Made by a program: the position numbers and the translations under genes | Shown here: piece by piece, positions 27,405-40,390 of the stretch | Numbering within the stretch: the stretch's first letter is position 1 | How the letters are laid out: each line of letters opens with the position of its first letter | Origin: the human T2T-CHM13v2.0 reference genome, Homo sapiens | Assembly: GCF_009914755.1 (NCBI RefSeq) | Contig: NC_060925.1 | Reading direction: 5' to 3' (one strand) | Length of the DNA stretch: 64,000 nucleotides | Notes under the pieces: generated by a model | What the model saw: the letters and a program-made list of their open reading frames with translations, nothing else | The model's database searches: none | Told to the model about the DNA's origin: nothing

Positions 27405-28395
27405 AGATGGTTGTAAATCTTTCTTCACGGACTGAGTTATGTGTGGAAGATATATCGAAATATTTTATATAATCTTCAATCCTGGTCCTCCATCTAATTA
27501 GCTGTTAGGATATTCAGTCTTAGTTATGAACTCTTCATTCTAAATCATGCAAGGTCTGGGCCCCTTGCACAGGGCAATATATTCAGAGGAGACCTTCAAT
27601 TATCTACTCCTCATTCACCTTGAGATGGTGATTGCCCACATATGTGTGGTCTCTTAAAGCCAAATATTTGAGCCTGACAAATCATTGCTAAGGCTGGGAA
27701 CCCTGGAGTTTAAGGTTTTACTCTCCTAAGAAACCACTCAACCATTCTCTTCATGCCCCCTACCCCAAAACTTTCTGTTGCTTTGCACATATAAACATTT
27801 CCTAAGGCCAGGAAGTTGAAGTAGCCATGATACTTTCTTACATGAGTGAGGAGAAATTGCAGCAAGAAGAAAGCATAAATCAGTATCACAATAAATTACA
27901 TTTATGTGTTGGGGGAACTGGAATTTTGCAAAGGAGGAGAGAGACACATTAGGATGTGAGTAAAGGGGGACTTTCATTTTTTATTATATAGTTCTTCTGC
28001 TTGAAGTTTTATAACAGGCTTTATTACTTTATAATCCTTAAAGAGAAGTAAAATGTTTATTGATAGGATTTTTTTCTCAGCTGAAAACTGAATAGGCAGT
28101 GACCATCAGTAGTAAGGAAATTAAATATATTGTTTATAGGAAATTGGATAGTTCAATTGAAGTATAACAAAATGAACTGAGAACAAAATAGGAGGCAGAC
28201 TGGTTATAATTGAGCATGTGTAGTACTTTGATATGTAAAATAAAATGTCCAGATTATTATTACCAAGAACATATTTAAACAATGTCTTCATTAGATGAAA
28301 AAAATTTCTTGACATATGACAAGAGCACAGAATTAGCAAAGCCATGTAATTACAAGTTACCAACTATTTCAGGAAAATGCCAAAAGCATGTAAAC

Positions 28396-28608
28396 CAAGA
28401 TTGTCCACCCTGCAGCCCACAGGCCACATGTGGGCCATGACAGCTTTGAATAAACACAGATTCATAAACTTTCTTAAAACATCGAGACTTTTTTTGCCTT
28501 TTTTTTTTTAGGTCATTAGCTATTGTTAGTGTTAGTGTATTTTTTGTGTGGCCCAAGACAATCTTCTTCCAGTGTGGCCCAGGGAAGCCAAAAAATTGGA
28601 CACACTTG
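28396..28608 (+). mobile_element. MER30 non-autonomous hAT-Charlie DNA transposon, full length
   Basis: TIRs caagattgtcca / tggacacacttg. Perfect 8 bp TSD atgtaaac at 28388-28395 and 28609-28616. Internal tattgttagtgttagtgtattt...tggcccaagacaat. Confidence 0.92.
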
Positions 28609-28779
28609 ATGTAAACATTTCAAGAAAATTCAGACTATATGATCACTCAAGACAGCCGATTCACCAGCCTTCTGAAGGGAAGACTAAGCATATTCCTATA
28701 TTGAAGGTAAGATACAGACCCATGCATGTGTTATCTTTTTCATATTTGTTCAATTCTGCCATTTAGCTGCAATGAAATC

Positions 28780-31700
28780 AGTTCAATTTGTTTCATGTAG
28801 CATTGAATTAAGACAACCATGAATAACAACGCAAGTACCAGAATGAGGCCAACCTGAAATACTAACCTCAACTGTGCCTCCCGGGGTCCTGGCCCCATCC
28901 AGCCAAACAAATCCCATGATTAAGGGTGTGCATTAGGAGGCCAGCTGTCCTCCTCCTTAAGTTTCTGTACTGACCTTCCTGCTTTGTCCAAAACATTAGT
29001 CCCAGCATTGTAGGATGTATGAGCAAGTACACGGATTCCACTTTGGCCTGCAAGGAGGAAGTGTCTAGGACAGTGTTGCCATTCACAGCATCCATAGCTA
29101 GTGAATTGAGGTGGACCTGAATGCTTCCAGGGCCAAGATGGTATCATTAATCATTTTAGCTAAAGACTGGCACAAACTTCATACCAACTTTTCTAATTAT
29201 TCTCATAGTTATTCCCATTGTAGGGATCATGGGCCCTCAGACTGTGCTTAAATAACAAATCAGTTTTCTCTCCAGAAAGTTTTCCTGAATAACCAAGGTA
29301 AGCCTCATTTTGGAGAGATCCCTGCAGTCACCTGAAGTCTACAAGAGTGATTTGTGTTATTTCCTTAAATGCCAAAGTTTCTTACAAAAGGTGAAAGTCA
29401 CCATGTTTTCTAGAGACAAGTTAACACTTGTTAGGCCACCTCAAACAGGACCAATATCAGTCACAGGAACAGGTGACCATGTCCTCAGTGTGGTCTTCTG
29501 GCCATCTGGTAAGCCTTTGAGTTCCCAGTTAGTTAAAACAATTGAGTGCAGTTCTTGGTTTATGCAGGGGATGCCCAGGGGCATTCCTGTGCTGTTTGCA
29601 CCACCAGTTGGGTGGCATCTGTCCATACCACAGAATGAATAGTGACAACTATTATTCTATGAGAAATGGGGAAGATCCTGGGGGTATTGGTAGGTGGGTT
29701 CATGTTTGTGTGTGTGTGTGTGCATGTGTCTGTGTAAACTCACACAAACACACAAGCCCAGGTGTGGTACAGGAGCTGGGGCTCTCTTTTGCTATTTCCA
29801 TAAACTTCTCAGTAAGGTAAAGGAGAATAGTGATAAACTAGTGAGTCCTCTGTTGAGGTATGGCAGGCCTAGCAGTCAAATTTAATTTCAACTTTAATTT
29901 AAATTTAAGGTGCTTGCAACAGTTTGGGAGAACAACATCATGTTTTCCTTTGCAAGGAAAGCTCCAGGGGTTGTTGTGGAAGATAGCAATGATTAAAGTT
30001 TTTCCCTTCTGTGTAGCTACTGGAGGGTTCTCAGGTCCTAGAATTGTTGCTTTCCCTATAATAATTTTGTGTCCCATTTCAGAAGCTATAACTTCATCTT
30101 TTTTCCAATCAGCCCTAATCCAGAGCTTTCTTCCAGAAGGACTAGATACAAAAGGGACTAGAGCATTTAAAAAACATACAAGAGACCCATTATGCCACCC
30201 TACTTTGGCCCACATGGACCGCTGTAGGGGTACTTGGCGAGTAATGTACTCAACCAATTAGCCATTATCTTTTTGATCTAAGATCTTGTCAGTGCAACAA
30301 GTAAATCCATATCTGTTAACCAGAATTAAGTTTAAATATCCTGCCTCTTTTTTACTAAGCAGCCTCTCAGAAGGCATATCAAGCAGGCCAGCCATCTACT
30401 AGTACCATCTACCATTAGGGAAAAGAAGGACTTTTCCCTAGGGCTACCCATTAGGTAAAAGAGCATCATCATGCCCAGTAATTGTCAGGTGGAATGCCAG
30501 ATTTTCAAAGTAGCTCCCAGCACTTTCCTTCTGGCCGTTACCTGGAATATCATTGAAAGGAGATGATCTCTTTCTGGGAACACCTTCATTTACTGACCAA
30601 ACTGCCTTACTAAGGCATGTGAACCAGAAGAAAGTGCGGAAGGTACAGCCAGACATGACATTTCTGGAGTCGATTTTTGAGGAGAACGCCCAACATTAAA
30701 CAATTCTAGATCCTTGAGAATTATAGCGAGCATAAAAGATCCATCAAATCTGACTACTAGCCCATTGTTGAAGTGTTTTGCAATAAAAGGCACATTATTG
30801 TCAGATACCAAGTGGCCCATAAAGTCAAAAATACAACAGATTAGTTTCATGGGCCACAGTGTTGTGCCCGGAGTAAACTTACGAGACTGGAACACCAATA
30901 CACAACCTGAAAAAGTGTTAATTGCAGTAAGGCAGCATTTACAACCCCTAGGAGACGTCACAGGGCAGATGTGATTCATGTGTCAGAAACATATGGTCAA
31001 TGTCAATGACCCATGCTGTGTGGCTGCCCTCATTGCAAGACAACCAGGTCAACTTTTTGCAGGAATCAAAATTCTAGCATGCAGTTGTTGCCTACGCATC
31101 AAGAGTATTATTTGCCAGAGCTGTGAGAACAGCCTTCAGTTCTGACCACTAAGTGCAGTGATGACTGTGTCTATTTTCAGTTATGAATAGTTGGTCCTGC
31201 CTGAGACTGAGCAGTTGAAGCCACCCAGTGGACACCAGCAGATTTCAGCTTAGCCGAAGCATTGGTGAAGCAGGCCAAGTGATTATGGGGAACCTCTATG
31301 AATCAGGGGCTCCACTGAGCCAGCATCTTGCTATAGGTGGTGGAGAAGAAAAGCTGCATCTTTTCATGTAGCACCTAGATGTCACCAAAGCCAGGCTGGC
31401 TGTGTTCTTGATTTACCATTTCTATTTGACAAGTGAGCTTTTTTGGACCCTTTTCACTTTGTTAGTCATGGAGTCTGAGTTGATCTTGCCAAAACTGAAA
31501 TATCAAGTCAAAGAGTTACAGTTCCCCTGGGGGTCGGGTGCTCAGTTTCAACAAGAACCCACCGAATAGTAAACTAATAGCTGCTTTTCAAAAGAGGCCT
31601 ATCTGCTGGTAGCTGTTTCAAGGAGGCAAAGCCCAAAGTCTAAGGGGCACCTCCAAGTGGAGGCCACCTTCCTTTGCCAGAGGCTCCCGTTGGCAACATT

Positions 31701-33376
31701 AGAGTCACGGAGATGTGTAACTCAAAGGAATCATTGAAGATGTGGGACTGCAGAAGTATTAGCACCTCTCTACATCTGGCTGTTTCCAATCAGTAAAATC
31801 CCTTTTGGTACTTGCAAGCATTCACAGTATAGGCATGTAAAACATCAACACCACTTATACTTTCAGTAGTGGAAGCCAAAACAACAATATGTTAAAACAA
31901 TAGAGGGCTCAACACTCACGTTATGGTGACTTCCCTTCCCCACTATGATCTCTGCCCCAACTCAAATTTGGACATATCCTCGCCCTATGGGACCCAGTAG
32001 GATGATAACTCACGTGCTAGAATCCAACAGAGCCACAAAAGTTGGAATCCTTTCCCTACCTGACATTCTTCAAAATATTCAATAGATGTATGGCTTTTAA
32101 TCCCTCTTGGGAGCAGGGAGATGTTGTCCTATATCAAATCATCCTTCTCATGCCACTTAAGGCAGTGAGAGGAGGAGGGATGGATCAAAGGGCTCTCCAT
32201 GAAGGAGAGTGACACTATGCAGTAAGCAAACCACATTTCAATTTTGAGTTAATGTGGCAGCTGCTTGCAAGAATTTATTTTGATTTTGAGGGGTCAGTTT
32301 CTCACACTTCAGGGCATCAACCTCTTCAGCTTTGTAAACTCAATCTAAAAAATAAGACCCTGAATACTAATCAAGGCCCATTTTTTGTTTCCCATGGGAA
32401 ATTGTTTGTCTCAGGGAAATCTCCCTGAGAGGGCCAAAGCTTCTTGAAAGCAGGCATGCGTAGTTGTAAAGAAAACAAAACAAAGTTCTGAGGTGTTTCA
32501 CTGCCATCTTCAAATGGATCAAAGTTCGGCATGATGGACTTTAGGAGAAGTCCCTCTGTTGCTGGTTTTTCCTTAGTAACCATCATGCACACCACCCCCC
32601 TCATCTTCCAGTTGTACCAGCCAGCTGTCTAGCAACTTGCTTGGTTTCTGCTTAAAAGGACTGTAAGTTTCCCTCCTTTTACACTCAATGCAAGTGTGTC
32701 TCTCTTTAACTGTCTTAGTCTGTTCCCATTGCTATAACAAAATACCATAGAATCATTAATTGATAAGGAAGTCCAAGAGCACAGTGCCAGCAGATTTGGT
32801 GTCTGGCGAAGGTTGTCTCTTCTTCAAGATGGTGTCTTTTTGCTAAATTCTCATATGGCAGAATGTTATATCCACACATTGTGGAATGGAGAAGGCAAAA
32901 GGCACTAGGGGGGTTCCTTCAACTTCTGTTATAAGAGCACTAATGTATTCTTGAGGGCAGAGCCATCATGACTTAATCACTTTCCAAAAGGCTTCACCTC
33001 TTAATACCATCACCTTGGGGTTTAAATTCCAACATGAGGATCTTGGAGGGACACATACATTCAAACCATAGCAGTAACTGTTGTCTGAAAGAGGGCAGAG
33101 ACTTCTACACATCCAGAATGAATGTTAATACTAGATATAAAAGCATGGGCCCAAGGCTGAGGTGGACCAAGCTTTTCCCACCTGAAAGAGAAGTAGCAAC
33201 AAATAGGACACCATTTGGGTAGTTGTTTGGATGTCTTCCCTCAGCCTACAGTCACCTGCCTCCCTAATTTCTCCTCATTAAGAGGAAATAAAGTGAAAAA
33301 TAATTTATTGCCCAGTAAACCATACAATTTGATCAACATTTTCAACATTTGCCATTGACTTCCCTCGAATCCTGTT
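28780..33376 (-). mobile_element. Degenerate class III (ERV-L/HERV-S-like) endogenous retrovirus internal region; no flanking LTRs recognised
   Basis: Minus-strand remnants: RT-connection LWQR...CPLDF...SFEKQLLVYY...LVETEH (~31540-31690), RNase H ACFTNASAK (~31250-31278) and QWSELKAVLTA (~31118-31152), integrase CLTAINTFSG...HLVSDNNVPF (30590-30979), and IN C-terminal-like GRKLWIR..DEVIASEMG (29838-30257). Confidence 0.8.
32711..33073 (-). mobile_element. MLT1A-type MaLR solo LTR inserted into the ERV
   Basis: tgtcttagtctgttc...gctataacaaaataccatag ... cattcaaaccatagca, with TG...CA ends. 5 bp TSD ttaac/gtaac. Confidence 0.88.
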
Positions 33377-34899
33377 ATAATCCTCCTGCAAAACCTTTAT
33401 TCTTTGTTTTCTAGCCCTTGAGTACTTTAGAAAATAAGTGTGAAATTATATTCAAAATATTGAGTGGACTTTTCAAAAATGTAAAATATTACTTCAAAAT
33501 ATATTTTTGTGCTATCCTCTCATTATTATGTGCTTTTTCTTTGTGATATTATTAGGCCTTTAGTTTTCTATTTGGTTTTGAAAGTCATGTGATTTTTATA
33601 ACAAGAATAGAATTAATGGTTCCATGATGAATAGTGGATGTTTTGTTCTGAAGAAATCATATTTTGGGCAAAATGCCCATAAGAGACTTATGTTTTTGCC
33701 AATAGTTTGGTTCAGAGCTTCTGGGATCTTTTATTTTTTTTCTTAAGAAGCAATGAGAAAGTTTGATGCTTTTCCATTTTATTTTAAATTTGTTTTAGGG
33801 GTAATTACAAAATAGCTTGTTACTTCAGTTTTTATTGTGATAAATTCATAATTGGTATTTTGTTTTGTTTTTTTCTTTTGCTGTTTCACTTTCTACTCTT
33901 AAAGGCATAGTATTACTTTAGTTAAAAATCACTCTGTTTCCATTTTTTGTCTCCCTTTCTTCCCTACCCTGATTTTTCCTGTTCAGTTATTGGCTTGTCC
34001 AATTGAAACTAGAGATATACTTGACATATTAGTTACTTAACATATTAATTTTGGCAACTTCTGCTATGTGTTCTTTTGCCAATGAAATTACTGAAATTGA
34101 AATATTGAGTGGGGGTGTCCATGAGAGACAGAAGTCTTTCCTTTGGGCATTAGGTATTAAGCCAGCTTCTCGATTATGTAACAAGAAAGAAAGAAGTGTT
34201 AAAAATGAAAGTTCACAACATGAACTAACTGGCAAGAGCAAATATATGACTCTTTTAAAATATTTTACTTCAACAGCAATAAATCTCTAGGTAAGTCTAA
34301 CAACAGTATTTTTAAGTGGCAAGAGAAAAAATATCAATTTCAAATAGTAGCTAAAATGCATTTTTGAGGGGGACTTCTTAATTACCCTATGAAGTGTCGT
34401 GTGTTTTGGGTCAGCTGGTTAACATTGTCTTAGTTCTTCCATAGAATCAAAGAACTTTTATTACTGGAGGGGAATTCAGAGATTATCATTTTATACATAT
34501 GGAAACAGAGATCCAAAGAACAGCGGTGACGTACTCATGGTTCTGATTATGCAGGACAAAAACATAATTCTCCTTATGGATGTTATTGTCACTGTGCCAC
34601 ACTGCCATAATGGTAGTGTTCAGAAAAAAATATGGCTGAAAATTCATATAACATTCAAATGTTGTAGATTCAGAACTATTTCCTTTGTAGACATTTTAAT
34701 ATTCATGCTGCTTTTAGCTCAGTTTTTACTGTTCTGCTAAAGGAATGCATTGGTCTCTCCCTCTGCCTCAGTGTGATAGCAGGCCCAATCTAATGTTTAT
34801 AGTCATAGTGTAGAATTATGTATTTAGGAGTTTTTGGAGGTTATTAATCATTTCCTTCAGAGTTCTAATTTTCTAATTCCATAGCCTGCTTCAGTCCTT

Positions 34900-36230
34900 A
34901 TCTTTTCCATATCTTTATAGGGTTTGATTAACCTCCGATTCTAGAAACTTGGACCTTGCAGTCTAGTTTTTCTTGTCTCTCTCAGCTATTTTCCTGTTTC
35001 TTTCAATGACCCACTCATTGTTAGCCCCTTAATGTGGAAGGTCCTTTTGACTCTATTGTTTCTTTTTATTCTCTCTCTGGCTGAGCTGCTATTTCTATGG
35101 CTTCAGACTACTGGCTCCATGTCTATACCTCTGGCCCTAAGCACTCATCCTAGTTCCAGATTCATGTTTCTAACTTCCTGCTGGGCCTCCTCTCCTGGTT
35201 GCTCACCAGCCATAATATGTTCAAAACAATGCAAAATTCTTACATTTACCAAATGCGTGATTTGGGGGAAAAAATGCTAATCTCTTCAAGTATTTGTTTC
35301 CTTACCTGTAAAATGGGTTTCTGGTGAGATTTAATATAAAGAGCCCAGGACAGAAGTTGAGTTACTGTTTTTGTGGTTCATCCTGGAACCTGCTTCTCCT
35401 TTTGTGATCTTTAAAAAATGACTTTTTCTCCATATAATATCATTATGTCAGCATCTATTCATCCCCCCTCTCATCTTCTCACTTGTCAGTTAACAGATGC
35501 TTTTGATGTTCTATAAAAGCAACATCTTTCCATTGTGACATCTAAATCATCCTTGTTGACTCCCTCTTAGTTCTACCCTCCTCATAATCAGTTTGGATGG
35601 ATCTCCCAGCCTCTGGTTTCTCCTCTCTTCCACCTATTTATTTCCCATGTGCCCTGAGAGTTATTGGTCTGTTCCACCACCTAATAAGCCCTGCTGGCTC
35701 CCCATGTTAGTCTGTCTTCAGAATAACATTCAAATTCTTTAGCTCAGCAGTAAATCCCTTCACAATCTGGTCCTTACCAGCTTCATCACAGCTTCACCTC
35801 CTGCCTCTCGTCTCCCATGTTACAGTGCATATGCACAGACAGATAGACACACACACATACACACACACCTGATGCTTCTACCATGCCAATATTTCCTGGA
35901 CGTGCCAAACCTTTTCATGACTTTGTGTGTAGCATATTATTCCTTCTACCTGGAATGCTCTTTCCTTCTCCCTCAATTGACAAACTAAACGTTTTAGACA
36001 CAAGTTTTGAGTGACGCAATGCCTTGCCCAAGTGTCTATGGTAGAAGTTGTCACTCATGTTCTCTGTTCTCCATGTTTCTGTATTCATCTTTTACATGTT
36101 GGTCCTGTACCCACTACATATTTTGAACTCAAGGCTAAGGGCTATCTATCCCTTTATCTTTTCTTTTTTCTCTTAGTGCCTAGTACAGTGATTGCCACAC
36201 AATTGACATGCAATACTGAACAATGACATA
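34900..36230 (+). mobile_element. Fragmented L2
   Basis: Pyrimidine-rich L2 motifs (ttccttctacctggaatgctctt, ttagtgcctagtacagtgattgccaca). Confidence 0.6.
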
Positions 36231-37821
36231 ACTATCATTTCTGGTTGGCTTTTTTAACTGCTAGTTTATTTGGATGTTCTTTTATATTTATTTCATAAGA
36301 ATCCAGGGATCTGATCCTCTGTTTTTTGCCTTTGTTTTCCCTGAGGTTAGATTTAGTTTTTATAAAGGCAACATTTTGTTTTTGACTATAAAATGCTGCC
36401 AAATATACAGCATGCATTCTGCTCCCACTCTGTCCTTGGAAGACACTGATCATCGGTCAAAATATTCTTCCCTGAGAAGCCACGTAGGTTCTTAACCCTT
36501 CTCAACACAGCACATCAAATAGATAGCTGCTATCAGCTGAAAGTAACTGGTAGCTGATGTGAAATCTCTTTGGAATAACACATAGAAAAAAAAAAAAGGT
36601 GAATACTCAATGACTTCAAATTCTGATCCAGCTTTGTTGCTGACCAACAACTCTAACATGCATGCTGTGGTACTCTGATATCTTGTGTGCAATAGATATT
36701 CAACAGTTAACTGTTTATTAGTTAATATTTATTGCCAAACTATTTTGCCTCATTTTCTTTATTCAAAAATAGAAGAGTTAATTTTCAAGCAACTGTTGGT
36801 AGTTGTTGTAAAGATGAATATAATGAGGAATGTGAATTAACTAGGGGAAAAGTTTAAAATCATATATAAAGATAGTCTCATTAAGTTTAAGTATTATGTA
36901 CTTCATTAAGTTACTTGCAAAACCAATTCAATATCTTATGATTGTGTTATAACAACCAGGCAAGTAGAAAGTACCAACGTATACTTTAAGATAATTTCAA
37001 CTCTTCTGTCTTTGTACTGAATGAGTGATATGTGGAAAAAACTGCATCGTTTGTTTGAACTTGTTCACACCCCTATGCAGGGGCCTAATTCTGCCAAGAT
37101 GACAGTGTATGTATGAATTAATTCAATGAACATTTATTGAACATTATTGTAAATGCTGAGAGATTTTGGTAAGCAACGCAGACGAAAATCTCTGCTCTGA
37201 GGAGTTTACATTCTAGTAGCACATCCATATTCCATTCGAGAAAAAAAGTCTAAATCAGAGGAGTTCAGAAGATTTTCAGAATTGTCTTTACTGACTTCCC
37301 ACCACTCTGCTTCCTCTTTCAAAGACAGGAGTTGGATGTTGATTTGTGGTGTCTATTTCGATATTGTGTTTTTCCTGGCTAATATTTCTTAGTTTATGAA
37401 ATCAATTTGGGCTTCTTCCTACTTATAAGTATTAACACTTGCAAGGTTATTTTTGCATCTTTTTGTTCATTTTGATCAGTTATAGTGCTGAAAATTCTGT
37501 AGTCTTGCACTTTAAATGCCAGCTTTCCTTAAATTTAGTGTGTCCCATTTGGGGAAGGAGTTTGTAGTTTAAATGGAAACTTTTGCTGTACAACATGACT
37601 TTGGAAAACAGCCACAGGAGTGTTTTTAGATTGCATAGGACTTGGCAAAAAAAAATTGAAAAATGACATTTAAAAAATTTAATCTTAGGATTTTAACACC
37701 TTATAGAAGAAAAGAGGGAATGTTATTATATCACCCTTTCTCCATGATATGGTTTTCTTAACGGAGAACAGTATATGTTTAAATAATAACTTATTCCGTA
37801 TTGTCTATTTTAAAAGGATAT

Positions 37822-38430
37822 TCTATCAGCTTGGATGCTTTGCAACAGCATGTAATAGAAAATACTAACTCAAACTGACTTAAGCAATAAAGATATTGCT
37901 TCATACACACAGAAGTCCAGAGGTTGAGTAAGCCTAGAGCCCTCCACAGTGTAGCCAGGCTGTTCAGGACCCAAGTTCATCCCATCACTTGTCACCGCCA
38001 TGCTAACAGGGCTGGTTTTGCTCTCAGACTGACTCCCTCTCTGGTAGAGAGACGGCTTCAGCGGTTCCAGGCATCACATTCAGATGTAACGTCATCAAGA
38101 GAACAAAGAGAAACCATCTCTTTTCCTGGCTGTTTCTTGAGAGTGAGAAAACTTCCCTAAAGGTTCCCGTAAGACCAACTCTCACATCTTATTGGCCAGA
38201 TGTGGGTCACATGCCCATTTCTAAACCAATCACTGATGAGAGAAGTGGAATTATCATGCTTTGCTTAGCCAGAGTAGAGTTTATTACCTACAATTGGGGA
38301 TAGAATCACCTTTTCATGCAGCACATGTCTTTATGGAGAGCAGATACCCGAATGTAATTAGATTCTGCTAAAAGAAAGAAAAAAAAAGTTGGAAAGTGAG
38401 AAAATCAATGCTGGGTAGGCAACTGGAATT
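37822..38430 (-). mobile_element. Old MLT1 (K/J/L-like) MaLR LTR
   Basis: actcaaactgacttaagcaataaag...ttattggccagatgtgggtcacatgcccatttctaaaccaatcactg...atgctgggtaggcaac. Confidence 0.75.
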
Positions 38431-38658
38431 CCTGCGGCAATCTCCAATATAGAAAACGTTCCCCTTAAATGTTGCTATGTCTTATCTCAAGTAAATATGA
38501 TTTTTTTTCACGTGACATAATTTATTATTTTGTTTACTACGATTACGTGTATTTCCTCAAGCTTCCCATATAGAATATATGCCTGATGGCTCGTTGTATC
38601 ACTGTGGTAAGTAGTTATCTGGAAATATATTTTTTCAAATACAATTATAAGCACTTTA

Positions 38659-38972
<314 letters not shown>

Positions 38973-39169
38973 ATAAGCAATTTATATGTATTGTAACTCT
39001 TTTAATCTTCACCACAACCCTTTGAAATAGATATTACTAGTATTCCCATTTTATATATGAGTAAACTGAAAGACAGAAGGGGTAAATAATTTGCCTAAAG
39101 TCACCTGCAAGTGAATGCGTTTTGAGCTATTTAGAGTAAGTAAAAGGAGAGGTATGTAAATATTTCTTC

Positions 39170-39285
39170 TGATATGGAAGTGTTGGGAAGGGAAGAGCGT
39201 GGTCCCTTTAAATGATACGGAAGCGGGGAAGGGTGTGGTCCCTGACTAGGGCTGAACTCCCATGGACATAGGTGAGGACAAGCAT

Positions 39286-39321
<36 letters not shown>

Positions 39322-39807
39322 GCAGGCTACTGAACAGCAGAACCACGCAGAGCTTGGCTGGGGCAATTGGAGGAAGGACAGGGAGTGGCCTGATTCCCGG
39401 CGAAAAGCATCTCTCTTCTGGCTCCCCCATCTGCTGAGAGCTACTTCCACTCAATAAAACCTTGCACTAATTCTCCAAGCCCATGTATCATCCGATTCTT
39501 CCGGTAAACCAGGGCAAAATCCCGGGATACAGAAATATCTCTGTCCTAGCGACAAGGTACAGGGTCCAATTGAGCTGGTTAACACAGGCCGCCTATAGAT
39601 GGCAAAACTAAAAGAGCACACTGTAATACACGCCCACTAGGGCTTCAGCTGTAAGTATTCACCGCTAGACACTGCTGTGGGGTCGGAGCCCCATAGCCTG
39701 CCCGTCTGAATGCTCTCCTAGAGGTTTGAGCAGTGGGACACTAAAGAAACGAGCCACACCCTCATCGCATGCCCTGCGAGGGGGACAAGGGAACTTTTCC
39801 CCTTTCA
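39170..39807 (+). mobile_element. ERV1 solo LTR (LTR1/LTR27/LTR28 group)
   Basis: Ends TGATA...TTTCA. AATAAA at 39453-39458. 4 bp flanks cttc/cttg. Family 3' end gggacaagggaacttttcccctttca. Confidence 0.85.
39289..39318. repeat. (GA)15 microsatellite inside the LTR
   Basis: Perfect run. Confidence 0.97.
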
Positions 39808-40081
39808 CTTGGATCCTTTCCCCTAAACTAATATTATCAAGGTCCTCTAATCATACAAACTGAAATGATTTGAAGAGGGCAAAATACCCTTTCAAAAGTT
39901 GGAAATATTTTCTGTCATTTAAATGGGTGAGACTTACATTTATCTGTAGGGCAATGTATTATTAAGGTTACCACACAAATGGCCTTTTAGTCACGTAAAT
40001 AAAAATAAGAGATTTTTCTCTGAAATAGAAACTTTTGAAATAAGAAGTAACCTGAGTTACTTTCACTATTCAACAACTTAA

Positions 40082-40390
<309 letters not shown>

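Noticed and set aside
29838-30261. Fully overlapping ORFs on both strands (139 aa and 133 aa) as a bidirectional gene
   Set aside because: The - frame is explained by a decayed retroviral integrase C-terminus. The + frame has no recognisable features.
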